Origin: Tubiluchus corallicola
Taxonomy: Eukaryota > Animalia > Priapulida
DNA: 64,000 nt
Assembly (NCBI GenBank): GCA_030141605.1
Contig: JAQGDQ010000256.1
Location: 62,001 to 126,000 of the forward strand
Reading direction: 5' to 3'
Below the pieces are notes generated by a model that had not been told where the DNA came from, did no database searches, and saw only the letters and a list, made by a program, of their open reading frames with translations. Both the position numbers and the translations under genes were made by a program. This document shows, piece by piece, positions 1 to 12,535 of the stretch; position 1 is the first letter of the stretch, and each line of letters begins with the position of its first letter.

Positions 1-3000
1 GCATTCAAGCTATATAACCTTGCAACTAGCTCGTGAACTCGAATTGCCGTTAACAGACCCTGAAACTGTTAATATAGCCACCTTTGCGAATCCGTCAGTT
101 AGTAAGATCGAATGCTATAGAGGTGCAATTAATCTTTTTAGTAAAGATAGCTCACAGATACTTAAAATGCATGTGCGAATTATACCAGAAATTGCACCTG
201 CTGCTACTACCCGCTCACCCCTACCTGCAAAGATTCGTTCTCTACTGGATAGTTTTTCTGATCTTGCAGATTCAGACCCGGGTGGAAAGTCTGAAACAAG
301 CGTTCAGTTTTTGATTGGCAATGACTACTATCTTTCACTTCTGTGTAATAAGTATCACATCTTCCCAGGACTGTATCTAATTGATTCCATAGTGGGAAAA
401 ATAGTTGGTGGGAGAATAAATACTAAGGCTTCATGCAGTCTTAGTTTTGAATATAAAGAAACCTCCCTCTAGCCTGGCGTTACTACAAACGGTTTAGAGC
501 TGCTCTGAGACACTTTGTCCACTCCTACTGGCGAAACTTATCTCTCTTGTGTGGATGATACTTTACCGGAGAATGGGAAACATAAACCTGGTCACATATT
601 TTCTATATAACGATTCTGGTACCTGGACACGTAGGGCAACACGGACTGTTCAAGTCAATCACCTGATGAAACGGCCCAACAAAACTTCAATCGCTCAATA
701 GAATTTCGTGGTGATAGATATTATGTTTCCTGGCTCTGGAAAACAAATCATCCTCCTTTACCTGATAACTATAATCTTGCACTCGGGCGTCAAATCTTGT
801 CTTTGAAAACTTAGTTCTCTGCCCGAGTTACTGGCCCAGTGTGACAAAGTGATACGTGATCAGCATGCCAAGGGAATAATTGAACTCGTCACCCCAGATT
901 TTATTCAGGGCCCTATACATCACTACATCCCACACCATGCTGCGATCAAGCCAGAACGAGTGACTTCCCAAGTCCGTATAGTGTATGACGGATCTGCAAA
1001 GGCAATCCCCACTACAGTGTCATTAAATCAACGTCTTCTCCGTGGTCCTGTTCTTCTGCCAGATTTATGTGGCATACTGCTTCGTTTTAGATTGCATCCC
1101 ATTGCAATAACTAGTGATATAATGAAAGCGTTTTTGCACGTCGGGCTACATGAAGAAGACAGGGACATCACTCGCTTCCTATGGATTAAAGATATATCTC
1201 AGCCACATGTCTACGTAACAATCTTCAAAAATTTCGCTTTACAAGGCCCCCCTTTGCCTTATTTCGTCTCCGTTTCTTCTTTCTGGCACAATTAATCACC
1301 ACCTTCGGCCAATGGGACAGATATACCCCATAGCTTAAAAAATTTTGAGGGACATGTATGTCGACAACCTAATTACTGAGGTGGCCACTTTGAGGGAAGC
1401 CATAGCTTTCTATGACGATGCAAAAATCCTGTTCTCAACAGCAGCTTTTAACTTAAGAGAATGGTCTTCTAACTCAACTGAATTCATTGAATCCTTACCA
1501 GAAAAAGACCAAGTGTTAGCAAATCATGCCAAGTTATTAGGCCTTAGTTGGGATATAACTAATGATACGCTATCTATTGCTCGTATTCACTTGACTTGTT
1601 TCAATGAAGCAATTACTAAGCGGCAAATTTTTCAAGCAGTCGCAAAAAAATATTTGACCCTTTTGGTCTTGTCAGCGCTCTTGTAATAGGTGCTAAACTG
1701 TTTATTACTTTTCTGTGGCGAGAAAAATATGATTGGGACACTGTTATAGATGATACTCACCGCGCCACCTGGATAGAACTTGTTGAATCTCGTAGACTGA
1801 TTTTGCATATAAACGTCCCTAGATGCGTCACTCAAATGCATTGCCATTCTTCGAATGAGTTTCAACTCGTCTGTTTTGTAGATGGCTCTCAGAATGCTTA
1901 CTGTGCCATCATCTATCTTAGACAATGCTATGATGGCGAATGCACTACTCATCTTATATTCTCAAAGGCACGCATAGCACCACCTAACACAAGTGTTCCA
2001 AGCGTCAAACTTTTAGCGCTAAAAGGCGTACGAGCTATGAATTTCGTTGAGAAACATTTGAACGTAACGATCTCTCGTCTCATTGTTTTCTCGGATTCAG
2101 TCTGCGTGCTTTCGTGACTACAATCAAAGAAGCTGCTTGCGAACTTCGTTCAGAATCAAATAGCAGAAATTCGCAAAAAAAACTGAAACAGAATTTCGTC
2201 ATGTGCCAACAGAATTAAATCTAGTTGATTTAGGCACTAAGCTTCCAGTGAAACCCCTAAATAAATTTTGGTTTCATGGACCAGAATTTATTCAAATGAA
2301 TGAATCGTACTGGCCCGTAGGCACTTTGCCTACATTGACGTCTAAAAAGCTCGAACAAATAAATAGAGAAATAAAACACGGAAGCTCAGTGCTTTTTGAA
2401 ACGAGCTGCGTGGCACAAACTGTACATCATACAGTACATGACTTCTAAATTTTTGATATAAACAGATTTTCGTTCTTTATGTCGTCTAATAAACGCAACA
2501 TGCTGGCTCTATCAAGCAATAGATAGGTGGATGCTTAGATCACCTGCAGCGGGTGCGCTTACAGCTGCTGAAGTTTACCACGCGCGTCTAAAGTGGATAA
2601 AATATATTCAGCATGAAGAGTACTTCCTTCCAGACGGTTCTTTCAACTCTTTGCATCCGTCACTGCGCGAATTGCGAACATTGCAGGACGATCAGGGTCT
2701 AATCCGTTGTTCGAGTAGAGTGAAGCAAATCTGTCCAACACAAGGTGAAAATTTACCTACATTGCTCAAACTGCCATGTCGGAACTGCTCAAACCCTTGC
2801 TTTACTACTGCAAAACTATTGGATTCCGGCAGGCAGGGCTCTTGTCAAAAAAGTGCTCAATCGTTGTACTGTATGTCGCAAAATGGATGGTGGACCATAT
2901 AAAATGCCTTCTATGGCAGATTTACCACTTGAACGCGTCCAATCATCAGACCCATTCGCTCATATTGGGATAGACTACGTTGGTCCGATTTTGGCCAAGA

Positions 3001-4614
3001 AATATACCCCTGACTCTCGTAAACCTAATCTCGAAAAGGTATGGGTCTGCCGGTTTGTTTGTCTATCCGTCAGAGCCATTCACATTGAATTGGTAACTGA
3101 CTTGACAGCTGAAACGTTCATTTTGGCTTTACGACGTTTCTTTGCCCGTCGCGGAACACCAAAAACAATTATTAGTAACAATGCTAGCCATTTTCATCTC
3201 GCAAAGCAGTCGGTCTCTACCTTCTTTATGCAACAGTTAAGTCTACCCAAGTTCAAAATTTTCTGGGGCAAGCAACAATCACCTGGAAATTCATTATTAC
3301 CCTGAGTCCCTGGATTGGCGGCTTTTACGAAATTCTCGTTGGTCTTGTAAAACGCTGCCTGAAAAAGACTATTGGCTGCAAACCCTTATATGAATGCCAA
3401 CTTAATACCCTTCTGGTTGAGGTGGAAAATATTCTTAATAGCCGCCCCCTCACTTACGTTGATTCTAGCATTCATTCATTCACAGTTATCACACCTAATC
3501 ATTTCCTCAATACTCTTTCAAACAACAATTTACCTATTGAGTCGAACTTTGACCTTGACCCTACCTACCAACCAGAGACTCCGTCTTCTGCATACTTTAC
3601 GTACACGATGGAAGAAAGACCTGAAGCAGTTGGACGCATTTTGGACGATTTGGCAAAGAGACTATCTGTTGAGCTTGCGAGAACGCTACCAGTCGTCTGT
3701 GAAACAAAAACGCGTCACCTCAACTTATCTGCCCTGCATCAATGACGTCGTGTGGTGCAAGATGTGGACATTCCCAGAAGTCAGTAGAAATTGGGCCGTA
3801 TCACAGAGCTCATTCGTAGCCGAGATGGTAATATTCGAGCCGCCGAAATACTAGTGAGAGGAAATCAAAAGAAGAATAGTGAACTAGTTCGTTCTTTAAA
3901 TATCTTGTTTCCTCTGGAGTTTGATGATAATTCTGTTCACAACACTGAGACTGAGGAAAACGGAAAAAACCAACGTGCAGCTGATTCCACTCGACCGGCT
4001 ATTCGACCCACATCGACCAGAGCTGCCGCCATCGCTGCCGCTAAACGAATTTCGAGAATTGCAGCAGAGGAAGCTAAAGCTTAAACAACGCTAATGGACC
4101 TTAAAATCAGAAACATTATGAAACCCTACAGAAAATCTGTTTCATTCAGGTCTTTCGTTGTTTTAAATTTGCAAATTTGTGTGTTTGTTCAAGCAATATT
4201 GTTTTTGCTATCACGATATCTTCGTTTTGATTTAACAATTTGCTATGTGAACTCTTTTTACATACTGCTAAAGTATTAAGTTGTGATTACGTGGCGAGAG
4301 TGACTACGTTGCCGTCTTACTGAAGTACAGTAATTTTGTTGCGACGTTTAAGTGAAATTAACGTACTTATCTGCTTAATTGCAAATTATGTAAATTTTTT
4401 GTTTGTCGGGGAGTGTCGAGAATTTAAATTCCGCTTTATTCATATTGGCTTCATTTCAGTTCAGGCCTTTAACTAGGTCAATTTCTAGAGAAAGATATGT
4501 TTAGTTTAGTTTACAGTAAGACTGCTTCTTTTACACAATAAAGAATATAGCTCGCAAATTTCTATATTTAAAGAGAATTTTCTTTCTACGTATTGAATCT
4601 AAAACTTTACAACA
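1..4614 (+). mobile_element. Degenerate BEL/Pao LTR retrotransposon (pol plus 3' LTR); 5' part lies outside the window
   Basis: Frameshifted ORFs in BEL/Pao order: protease tail (SYIT..LA..LEL, FLIGNDY), RT (HYIPHHA, RIVYDGSA, SLNQRLLRGP, SDIMKAF, YVDN), Pao RNase H (FVDGSQNAYCAIIY, LIFSKARIAP), integrase (CxxC, MADLPLERV, PFAHIGIDYVGP, RAIHIELV, RRFFARRG) and DUF5641-like FWTIWQRDYLLSLRER. Multiple stops and frameshifts. Confidence 0.95.
4414..4614 (+). repeat. Putative 3' LTR of the BEL/Pao element
   Basis: Purine tract GGGGAG immediately before TGTCG at 4414, internal AATAAA at about 4537, and an end ...TTACAACA at 4614 where Gypsy coding sequence resumes. Confidence 0.6.
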
Positions 4615-6106
4615 CTTAGGTGGTGTACTAAAACACTGTTTAATGTTAAATGGTGTCACAGCAGTTCGGTAATCATTACCTAGCAAAAAGGGCACAGGAA
4701 GACTATCAGACACTGCCACTCTCAATCTACCATTGACTAGCGTACATTCCACCTCAACAACAGCTATACGTGTACTTTTAACATCGCCATGCACACACCA
4801 AATTTTAGTACAATTTTCACTTTGTAGAAACTGTTCTAGACGGACATAACGTGGTTGGATCAAACTCACGCTAGCAACAGAATCTCTTATACCATCAATC
4901 CAGATACCATTAATTTTAGCTTTAAAGCTAAACTCATCAGACTCAGGCATACACTAGGTGAACTAGTTGAGTGACTGGATTGGTGACCAGTACCTCCTGC
5001 CTTGGCCAAGAATTGACGACTAGGATTTCTGCTCTTGCCACTAGTTTCACCATAATTAGGGCGTTTCGGGCACTGGGTCCTTTTGTGTCCAAGTTCTCCA
5101 CAAGTATAACAGCGTATCTTCTTCATGACGTCGTTATTCATCTTTTTTCCAGAACCATTTGAAAAAACTGCCGGCCTAGAATTTCCACGATGTTGTTGCA
5201 TTGGTTTAAGTTTTGAAGCCGTACCTAACGCATTAGAAGCAATGTACAAATCAGCTTTCTCTGTCACCTTTTCCATTGTCTTCTGCCCTTGCTGCCTGAC
5301 CCAAATGCTCATTTCACGGGGCATCAATGTAATTGCCTGCTCAATACATAGCAGTTCACAAACGTTCTCAAAGGTGGACGCTTCTTCGGCTTTCAGCCAT
5401 TCTTGCAGGGCACGATCAAGCCGTGCAAAAAACTGACGGAATGTTCCATCCGGTCTCCGAGTAATCTTGCGGAAAAGCTCAAGATACATGTCATTGGAGA
5501 GGACATAGGCAGGTAACAAAGTCTTCTTTATAACATTGTAATCTTGCATGCTGTCAAGTGGTAGTGTTGAAACAGTAGTAGTTACAGCGAAAAACAGTAG
5601 TTACAGTGAAAAAACTTTATGCTTGCAGAATATTTATAAATTTGTCATTCAACTGACACACACTGGCTCAACGCATACAGTCATACAAAAATACTGCATA
5701 TTAGGGTAATGTAAGTGCAAATCAAACAAAGTAGCAAACTAGAAATATACAAAATCTAGGCTAAGACCTTTGACTAGCCTGCAACGAAATAACGGTTTCA
5801 CTAGCACTTGAAACATTTATAGTGCAATCAAGGACAAATCGGGTGTTCAAGTCGGCATATACATGGAATTATAGCGTTTATAAAATCTGCAGGAAAACTA
5901 TTTAAATAATGGACAAAACACATTCAACTGAGTAATCAATAAATTCATTCAACGGAAGATGCTATGTTCTTTCGACATGCTTTTGCCCAAAGTTTCCCCC
6001 AGAAAATTAGCTATGTAACTAATTTCCTGAAAGTAAATATCATTAAATTCTCAAAATGCTGACAAGGAATTTTATTCCTACCGAGTTACACCAAATAAAG
6101 TCAAAA

Positions 6107-6124
6107 ATCCCACTTCTGACACCA
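6107..6124 (-). other. Primer-binding site complementary to the tRNA-Leu 3' end
   Basis: Minus strand reads TGGTGTCAGAAGTGGGAT, 3 nt downstream of the LTR end (…TCACA). This matches my recollection of the tRNA-Leu acceptor end ATCCCACTTCTGACACCA. Confidence 0.85.
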
Positions 6125-6127
6125 GAA

Positions 6128-6585
6128 TGTGACGATGTAGTCTAATTTCCGCTATTGCAAATAGGTGGTTCGTGATTTAAGTGTAACCCTTAGGTAAAGA
6201 ATAAAACACTTAGTCGAAAACACTGGAAAAAAAACCACTGAAGTAATAAAATAATATACCAATTTAATTAATATCCCAAAATACATTGCAAGACAAATAT
6301 TAATAATAAAGATTAAGCCGGCTAAGAAAAACAAAGAACAACGTAACGTTTTTCGACAGTCCTGTCTTGGCATCATCAGGCGACTTTTCTCCTGCTCCCA
6401 TTCCGCTTCATCTCTCTCTGACTCCTCACCAGGGGGCTTCATCGAGAAATGGTGCACCATAGAACGGTTGAGTATACTACTTCTTCATGGATCTGATTAC
6501 GTGAACGACGACTCCTGATGACATCCTCCCCTCCACTTATATGACGACAAAATAGAGTAGCATTCAAACTCCTGCACTCGTCACA
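6128..6585 (-). repeat. 5' LTR (458 bp) of the Gypsy element
   Basis: 8-bp inverted termini TGTGACGA (6128) and TCGTCACA (6585), directly adjacent to the PBS. Confidence 0.8.
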
Positions 6586-7199
6586 AGGTAAGGATCACCA
6601 ATTTCGTAATTACAACATGGAAGCACCAACGACAGTATCATCAACGTCAGGTAAATGCGGGTAAGTATCATCAGCAGCAGATATTGCCGACAACTGGTAA
6701 GTACAATCTTTTATAAGTTATGTATCATCAGCGTCAGGAAAATGTAATCAGCAACAGGTAAGTATCATCGCTGGAACGTAGTCGTAACCACGTAGACAGA
6801 TCGCTTTTCTACAAGCAAGCACCGTTACTAAACCATCATTTTATGACATGAGAACGTCCGCTTAATTCGATAGCTTAAAGCGGAATACGTAGGCGAACTG
6901 AACAGCCAAAATTTCGTCTACGTGGCTTCAATCACATGATGTAGCAGTAATGCATAAACAGTGTCATTGAATGTACAGGTGAAATCTGATTTCAGAACTG
7001 GTTAGCTTCTGTCGTTATACCGTTAAACAGTTTAACTAAACTTCTTTTATGAAAATTGAAAATAATAAATGGTGGAATTATAACAGTAGGAACTAGTTAC
7101 ATAACCTGGCCTAAAATAAGTCTGAGCGTCACACGCAGGATAAAGGACGACGTCACACGTCGCACACGTCCGTCAAGCCCACAATGCATTAGGGATCCC

Positions 7200-7858
7200 T
7201 TAAAGCACAAAAACCCTCCACTTGCATAAAGCTTAAAAAATTCGTCTCGAAATTTTATACCACTGAAAAACCTTTTTGTATGCATGCCTTGCATTGGCCG
7301 CAATGCTGTATAAAACTTGTAAATTTAAACTCCCGCGATGACCGATGCACAGCCATGGTAGGCCGTTTGAAACAAGTTTTGATAACATCAAGGAAAGTTT
7401 GAAAAAATAATCAGAGCATTCGTAGCATACATTTTGCTAATTAAGTAAAACTTTAAATTACTGTATCTTGTCAATAAGATTGAGAATACGTTTTTGGCTA
7501 GTGAATGGTGCACCCTGGAGGGTGAGCCAGCGACATTTTACTAGTTGGCACAAACATTATAAATTATTATTTCTAGTATTTTCCAGCAGATAAGCGAAGT
7601 GCTAAGTAATATAGATTTGCACGGAAAGTTTTTTGGGTCATAATTTAACATTGCCTTTTCTTCTCCTGATTAACGGGGCGTAGTGACGTCATGTAAAGAC
7701 GCCTTCGGAACAGTATTGCGGGAGATTTAAAATTAAAACAAACGAAAATTCCTTTCAACGCGAATACCATATGTGCATAAAATTGCTGTAAAGTAGTACA
7801 ATTTTTTAAGGCGATTATTCTGAAACCTACTTCAGGTGCCCTTTTTCTAGTCCTTTAA
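7200..7858. mobile_element. Non-autonomous DNA transposon (MITE), TTAA-flanked, Kolobok-like; copy 1
   Basis: Colinear similarity to 51507-52134 (e.g. AAATTTAAACTCCCGCGATGACCG, GGTGCACCCTGGAGGGTGA, CTGAAACCTACTT). Ends TTAAAGCACA...GTCCTTTAA form imperfect TIRs within TTAA. Confidence 0.75.
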
Positions 7859-7877
7859 AACAGCTATGAGGGATGGA

Positions 7878-7950
7878 CTATGGTGGCCTAGTGGCTATGA
7901 CGTCGATCTTGTAAGTCGAGTCTCTGGTTTTAATCCAGGTTGTCCTAACT
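7878..7950 (+). mobile_element. tRNA-derived SINE-like fragment
   Basis: A-box-like TGGCCTAGTGG and degenerate B-box GGTTTTAATCC at tRNA-like spacing; no intact cloverleaf. Confidence 0.4.
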
Positions 7951-8200
7951 TTTCACATTTCTTATTTTTCGAATTTGGTATCAGCGTTTAATTAATTTTA
8001 GGTTTGTATCAAGCATGTTGTAGCTCTGTTGTTACAAAGTCAAGGTACTAGTAAATCAATAGCGTTTTGGATGCACCCCAGTGAGACAAAGCTACCTTCG
8101 GGTAAAACAATGGTCTTGCAGAGAATAAAATGAAACCCGTTAAGGTAAGAAGAAAATAAATGAGTCGAAGTTAATGTGCGATAGTTATGCATGCCTGTAC

Positions 8201-11200
8201 CTGTTGAAGCCTCTGCACTCGTTTCACCAGTGATAATTTCGTCAAGTTTCCATCCTGCAACGTGGACATGTCTTAGATCTGTGCTTCTTTCACCAAACCA
8301 TGCGAATTTCACATCATCCTCAATGTGCCCATCTGAAATATACTTAACTCAGTTAATATAAAGAAACCTACAAACTGACAAAAATAAAGAAAACTGTAAA
8401 GAAGGAAAATAAGTGACACGCAGTCGTTTAAGCACATGGGCATTAAAAGAACAAAAAAGAAATCACTCTTCTTATACGCAATAAGTTGAAGTCATTAAAG
8501 TGCTTTCAGTCTTCAGTTAAATATCTTGGTAGAGAGATTTTAGCAAAATAGATCTAATATTCACTTAGGTTTATATAGTCGTATTACATAAGGCGGTCAA
8601 TCAATCTAACACTAATAATCAATCTAACACTAAAAACAATATTGCATCTAACTGTATACGATACAATTAAAGATTCAGTTTTGCCTTTATTTATTTTATT
8701 CATTAAATTCATGATGTTTGCATATACGTGCGAGGAGTAGTTACAACATTATTATATGATAAAGTACTCGTGTCTGTTTCTCTATATTACCATGATTGTT
8801 TCTACGTTTTGCATCTTCTTTTACAATGTAGGTTTAATCACATTGTATAATGCAAACCTTGCTCAAATTGTTACACTACTGCAGTTAGGAAGCACATCAG
8901 AACACTTCTTGCCTGTTAATCGTGCGTTACTTTCACGCTGTTTGTACCATTTACCATTCAATTACTGAATGATTCACTCATTTACTCAGTTATATATTTT
9001 ATGATACACATATTTGATACAAATATACATAAAGAACTTGCGGTAAAGTTCATGCAATTTAAAGTCTTCACAATTAAGCTCTTTGCATAGTGTAATTTTA
9101 TCTAGATATAAAAATTGGTTTCCCTGTAAACTCTTTTACAAGATACAATGTCACCAAGATGTAAAAAAAATTGGTTACCTTGTATTTTATTTTCATGTAA
9201 ATACAAAAATATCCTCACAAATTGGCTTAAGAGTTATTTTAGTGTAATTTTTACGACCGATTATAATAGCTCTTGCAGCGAAAACGTTTTGTAAAAAGTT
9301 GACTTGAAACAGAAAGAAATAAGTTCTTCCATCGTATGTTTACAGATAATGGGAAACTCTACTGTAAAAAATATAATGATTATACTTACAACTTTCTATA
9401 TACATACTACAGATTTGAGTGTCAAATGGAAACTTCCTGAAATCCATCGGAGCCATCATGGTAACACGGATCCTGAAACCATGTAGTTTGTTATAACACG
9501 ATAGGCACGGGGTGGTTGGTGCTATTGCTAGACAGCTAGCCAGATAATTTAAAATTAGCACGGTAGGCCTAAAGTTACTAATTCTATGCGTTGTCTTGTC
9601 ATAAAGAATTTCTGCCACTGATAATCGGTTCAATAATTTTCAATAAGACCGATACGTAGAAAATGTAGAAACAATCTTGGTGATATATGAGAAACAATAT
9701 TGTAAGTATGTATACTATACACTTAAAGGTATTGTATTAAGTATTGTTTTCACGACTGTTTCTACTTTTTGTACGTTTTTATAAGGATTTTACACTTTTT
9801 ACACAGCTTAAATCTATATTGTTTAAATATTATCATTAAATGGGCACACAATTTATTAAATTTTATTTCTATTGCAGTGCTACTCTCAGTTGGATCAGCA
9901 AGGTAAACTGTCAACAACTAGTCGACCTATCTTTGACCAGTAGGATCATTCTTAACAATCAAACTGACCACTCAACCGGCCCCGAGAAGTACAAATTTAC
10001 TCGCTTAAGCTGACACATTGCAGACATATTAAATTTTACTAACTTGGAACTTGTCAGTACGTCTCCATTATGCGTAATGCGAGCAAACCCAGACCCTCTC
10101 TCTCCCATTTTTACTTGGCTTGCTCTTTTGGCATTCGAAAAGAAAGGGTCTGGAGTCCAGATACTATATGGTGGATAAAGAGTTATTTTGTGTGCAGAGT
10201 CATGAAAGGCAAGGCGTGGATCATTCCATCGCTGTCTGAAGAAAACTGTTGCGCTCCACTCCTAAAAATAAAAAAACCATGCTTGCATTAAATGACTGAT
10301 TTTATTTTACTCTTTATTTCGAACTAAGTCCAGCATAATAATTACAGCAACATAACAGCAAAATAATTACAAAACAATTAATACTAATCAAATCATTATA
10401 ACCCCTCCCTCCGAACATATGCAAGTTGATACACAACATATACAAGCAAAATAACATTTCAAAAGATATATACAAAATACGATGCTTCAAGTATGAATCT
10501 TCACCCATAGTTTCTGCATGATGTCTCATTGGTCGTTCACATCTGATGCGAAAAATGCGTCACTGCTATTCAATGCTTTTATAGAGTATTAGAAATTCTG
10601 TTACTCTACTATATAGACTGTGTGTAATTTTCCTGTGTATTACTCAGCGTACAAAGCACCATGGCCACCAAAATGGTTCTGGAACCATAATCATATGGAT
10701 AATTGAAAAATTAAGGTTTAGAAATATTCTAAGCCACTTTACGTTTGCTGTACTCTGTAGTTATAAAAATGCCGCCAGATTACCATACCGATAAGAATTA
10801 ACAATAAGAGTTAAACAGACGAATTTAACATTAACTGAACAATAATGAAACCTTCTAAAAATGCGGTTCGCTCTAGCCTGATAATATCCAGATCATCTTT
10901 ATTGTCTTTTGTGACTGACTGGCTGACTGACTGACTGACTGACTGACTGACTGACTGACTGACTGACTGACTGACTGACTAACTGACTGACTGACTGACT
11001 GACTGACTGACTGACTGACTGACTGACTGACTGACTGACTGACTGAATGACTGACTGACTGACTGACTGACTGACTGAACGAACGAACGAATGAATGAAT
11101 GAGTGACTAAATGACTGACTGACTGACTAATTGATCACTAAGCTGACTGCTTACAAGCTGGAAGCGATGACTGGGTGGTGATTGATTGGTTAGTAGGCTG

Positions 11201-12460
11201 GTTCGCTAATAACGATTCACTGATACGCTTAACTGGTTATTTGGTTAGACAGTCGATAGGCGGTCAGTCTGTCAGTCAGTCAGTCAGTATAAAAAGATTT
11301 TTTATTATTTTAATTTTCCTGCCAGTGCATAAAAACTGAAAATCAGAGCCGTTTTACTTACCATGTTAGCAGTATCAACTGAAACGTCCAGGAAGTATAG
11401 ATTGAGTCCGACGAGCACCGGTTTTTCTCCTAAACAACGACATTGTTTTTGTTAATATTTAAACAACTTTTTAAGTAAATGCATACATATGATTTGTATA
11501 TAGTTGGCTCACGTTCGTGCAACCTTAGAATGGTTCTCTATAAACCTGTTTGGAAGAACTATCTGCTATCCGCAAGACAATATCGACTAGAGGTTTCTTT
11601 TTAAATTGTAATCTAGCTGTATAGTATGGCTATTAATATAGGGGATGAGCATCGAGCTTTGTCTTCTGTGTTAGGTTTTTGAAGTTCCTTGCAGTGGCTA
11701 GCATAGTCCCAGATAGCATAACACCACAATTTTAACACAAATGAAAGAAATGTTGTAATGTTTTAAGTTTTTGAACTTTACTTCCTCTAGATACAGGCTT
11801 AACAACCTACATAGCAAATTTGTGTAACCAGAAATTGTGCACCTAATGTTAATGCAAAAACATTACAAAACTAGCTGTGTAATTTTTTGAAAAAGAAACT
11901 TACTATACTTCTTTTCTTCAGTCGATGAACGATGTTATTGGTGGGGCGCTAAACTAACTGTTATTACGCCGAGGCTTACAGATAAGTAACTTATTTAAAC
12001 TTCATAGACATGTTAAAACAAAAACGTATCGCAATAGCTGTTGCCGCTTCCCGGGATAAAACAGAAGCAAATAGTTATTTGGGGATAATTAAATTTTAAG
12101 CCTTTTGTTATAGTAACGTAGTAGTGTAATAGTCCGTCTAATCAGTTTATAATGATACTTTACTGTATCCTAACTTATTCTATACTATAGAAATTGTAGT
12201 ATTATATAGTATAGCACAATATAGCAGCGACATTTTGTACCGTATCTGTCATAACAAAGCAAAGAAATTTATCCGAGTTAGCTGTTTCTGTTAGCTAATT
12301 TTGCTGACGTAACAAAAAAACTTTATTTACCATAAAAGGGCCTAACGTTGAAGTCGTAATCAGTTAACAACTCGTGGAAAATTTTTGTTGCATTAATGGC
12401 GTGATCTCCCGTAGAGCTGAAAAAGAAGTTATTTTTATGTTAAACGCATTTCATTATTTT

Positions 12461-12535
<75 letters not shown>

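Larger units (their letters stand above)
4615..6585 (-). mobile_element. Gypsy-superfamily LTR retrotransposon with SCAN-like gag (Gmr1-like): 5' LTR, PBS, partial gag, protease; interrupted by the BEL element
   Basis: ORF 4887-5549 has a SCAN-like capsid (LFRK...RL...EWL...ELLCIEQ..LMP.EMSIWVRQ) and a CCHC knuckle (CYTCGELGHKRTQC). ORF 4531-4950 has a retropepsin (GIRDSVASVSLI, degenerate DSG; FLLGND). The gag N-terminus is missing. Confidence 0.9.

Noticed and set aside
6745-6830. Minus-strand YVPAMILTCC resembling pLGIC M1 (YIPS)
   Set aside because: Immediately followed by a stop, lies in a short tandem repeat, and has no correctly spaced pre-M1 Arg or any M2/M3.
7097-7303. ORF ending SSFILRVTLRLILGQ, resembling beta-10 of a pLGIC
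   Set aside because: No suitable acceptor, half of the ORF lies in the MITE, and no M1 follows.
7878-7950. Possible tRNA gene (also B-box-like hits near 24840, 35215, 36685 and 45250)
   Set aside because: No complete cloverleaf or acceptor stem; better explained as SINE remnants.
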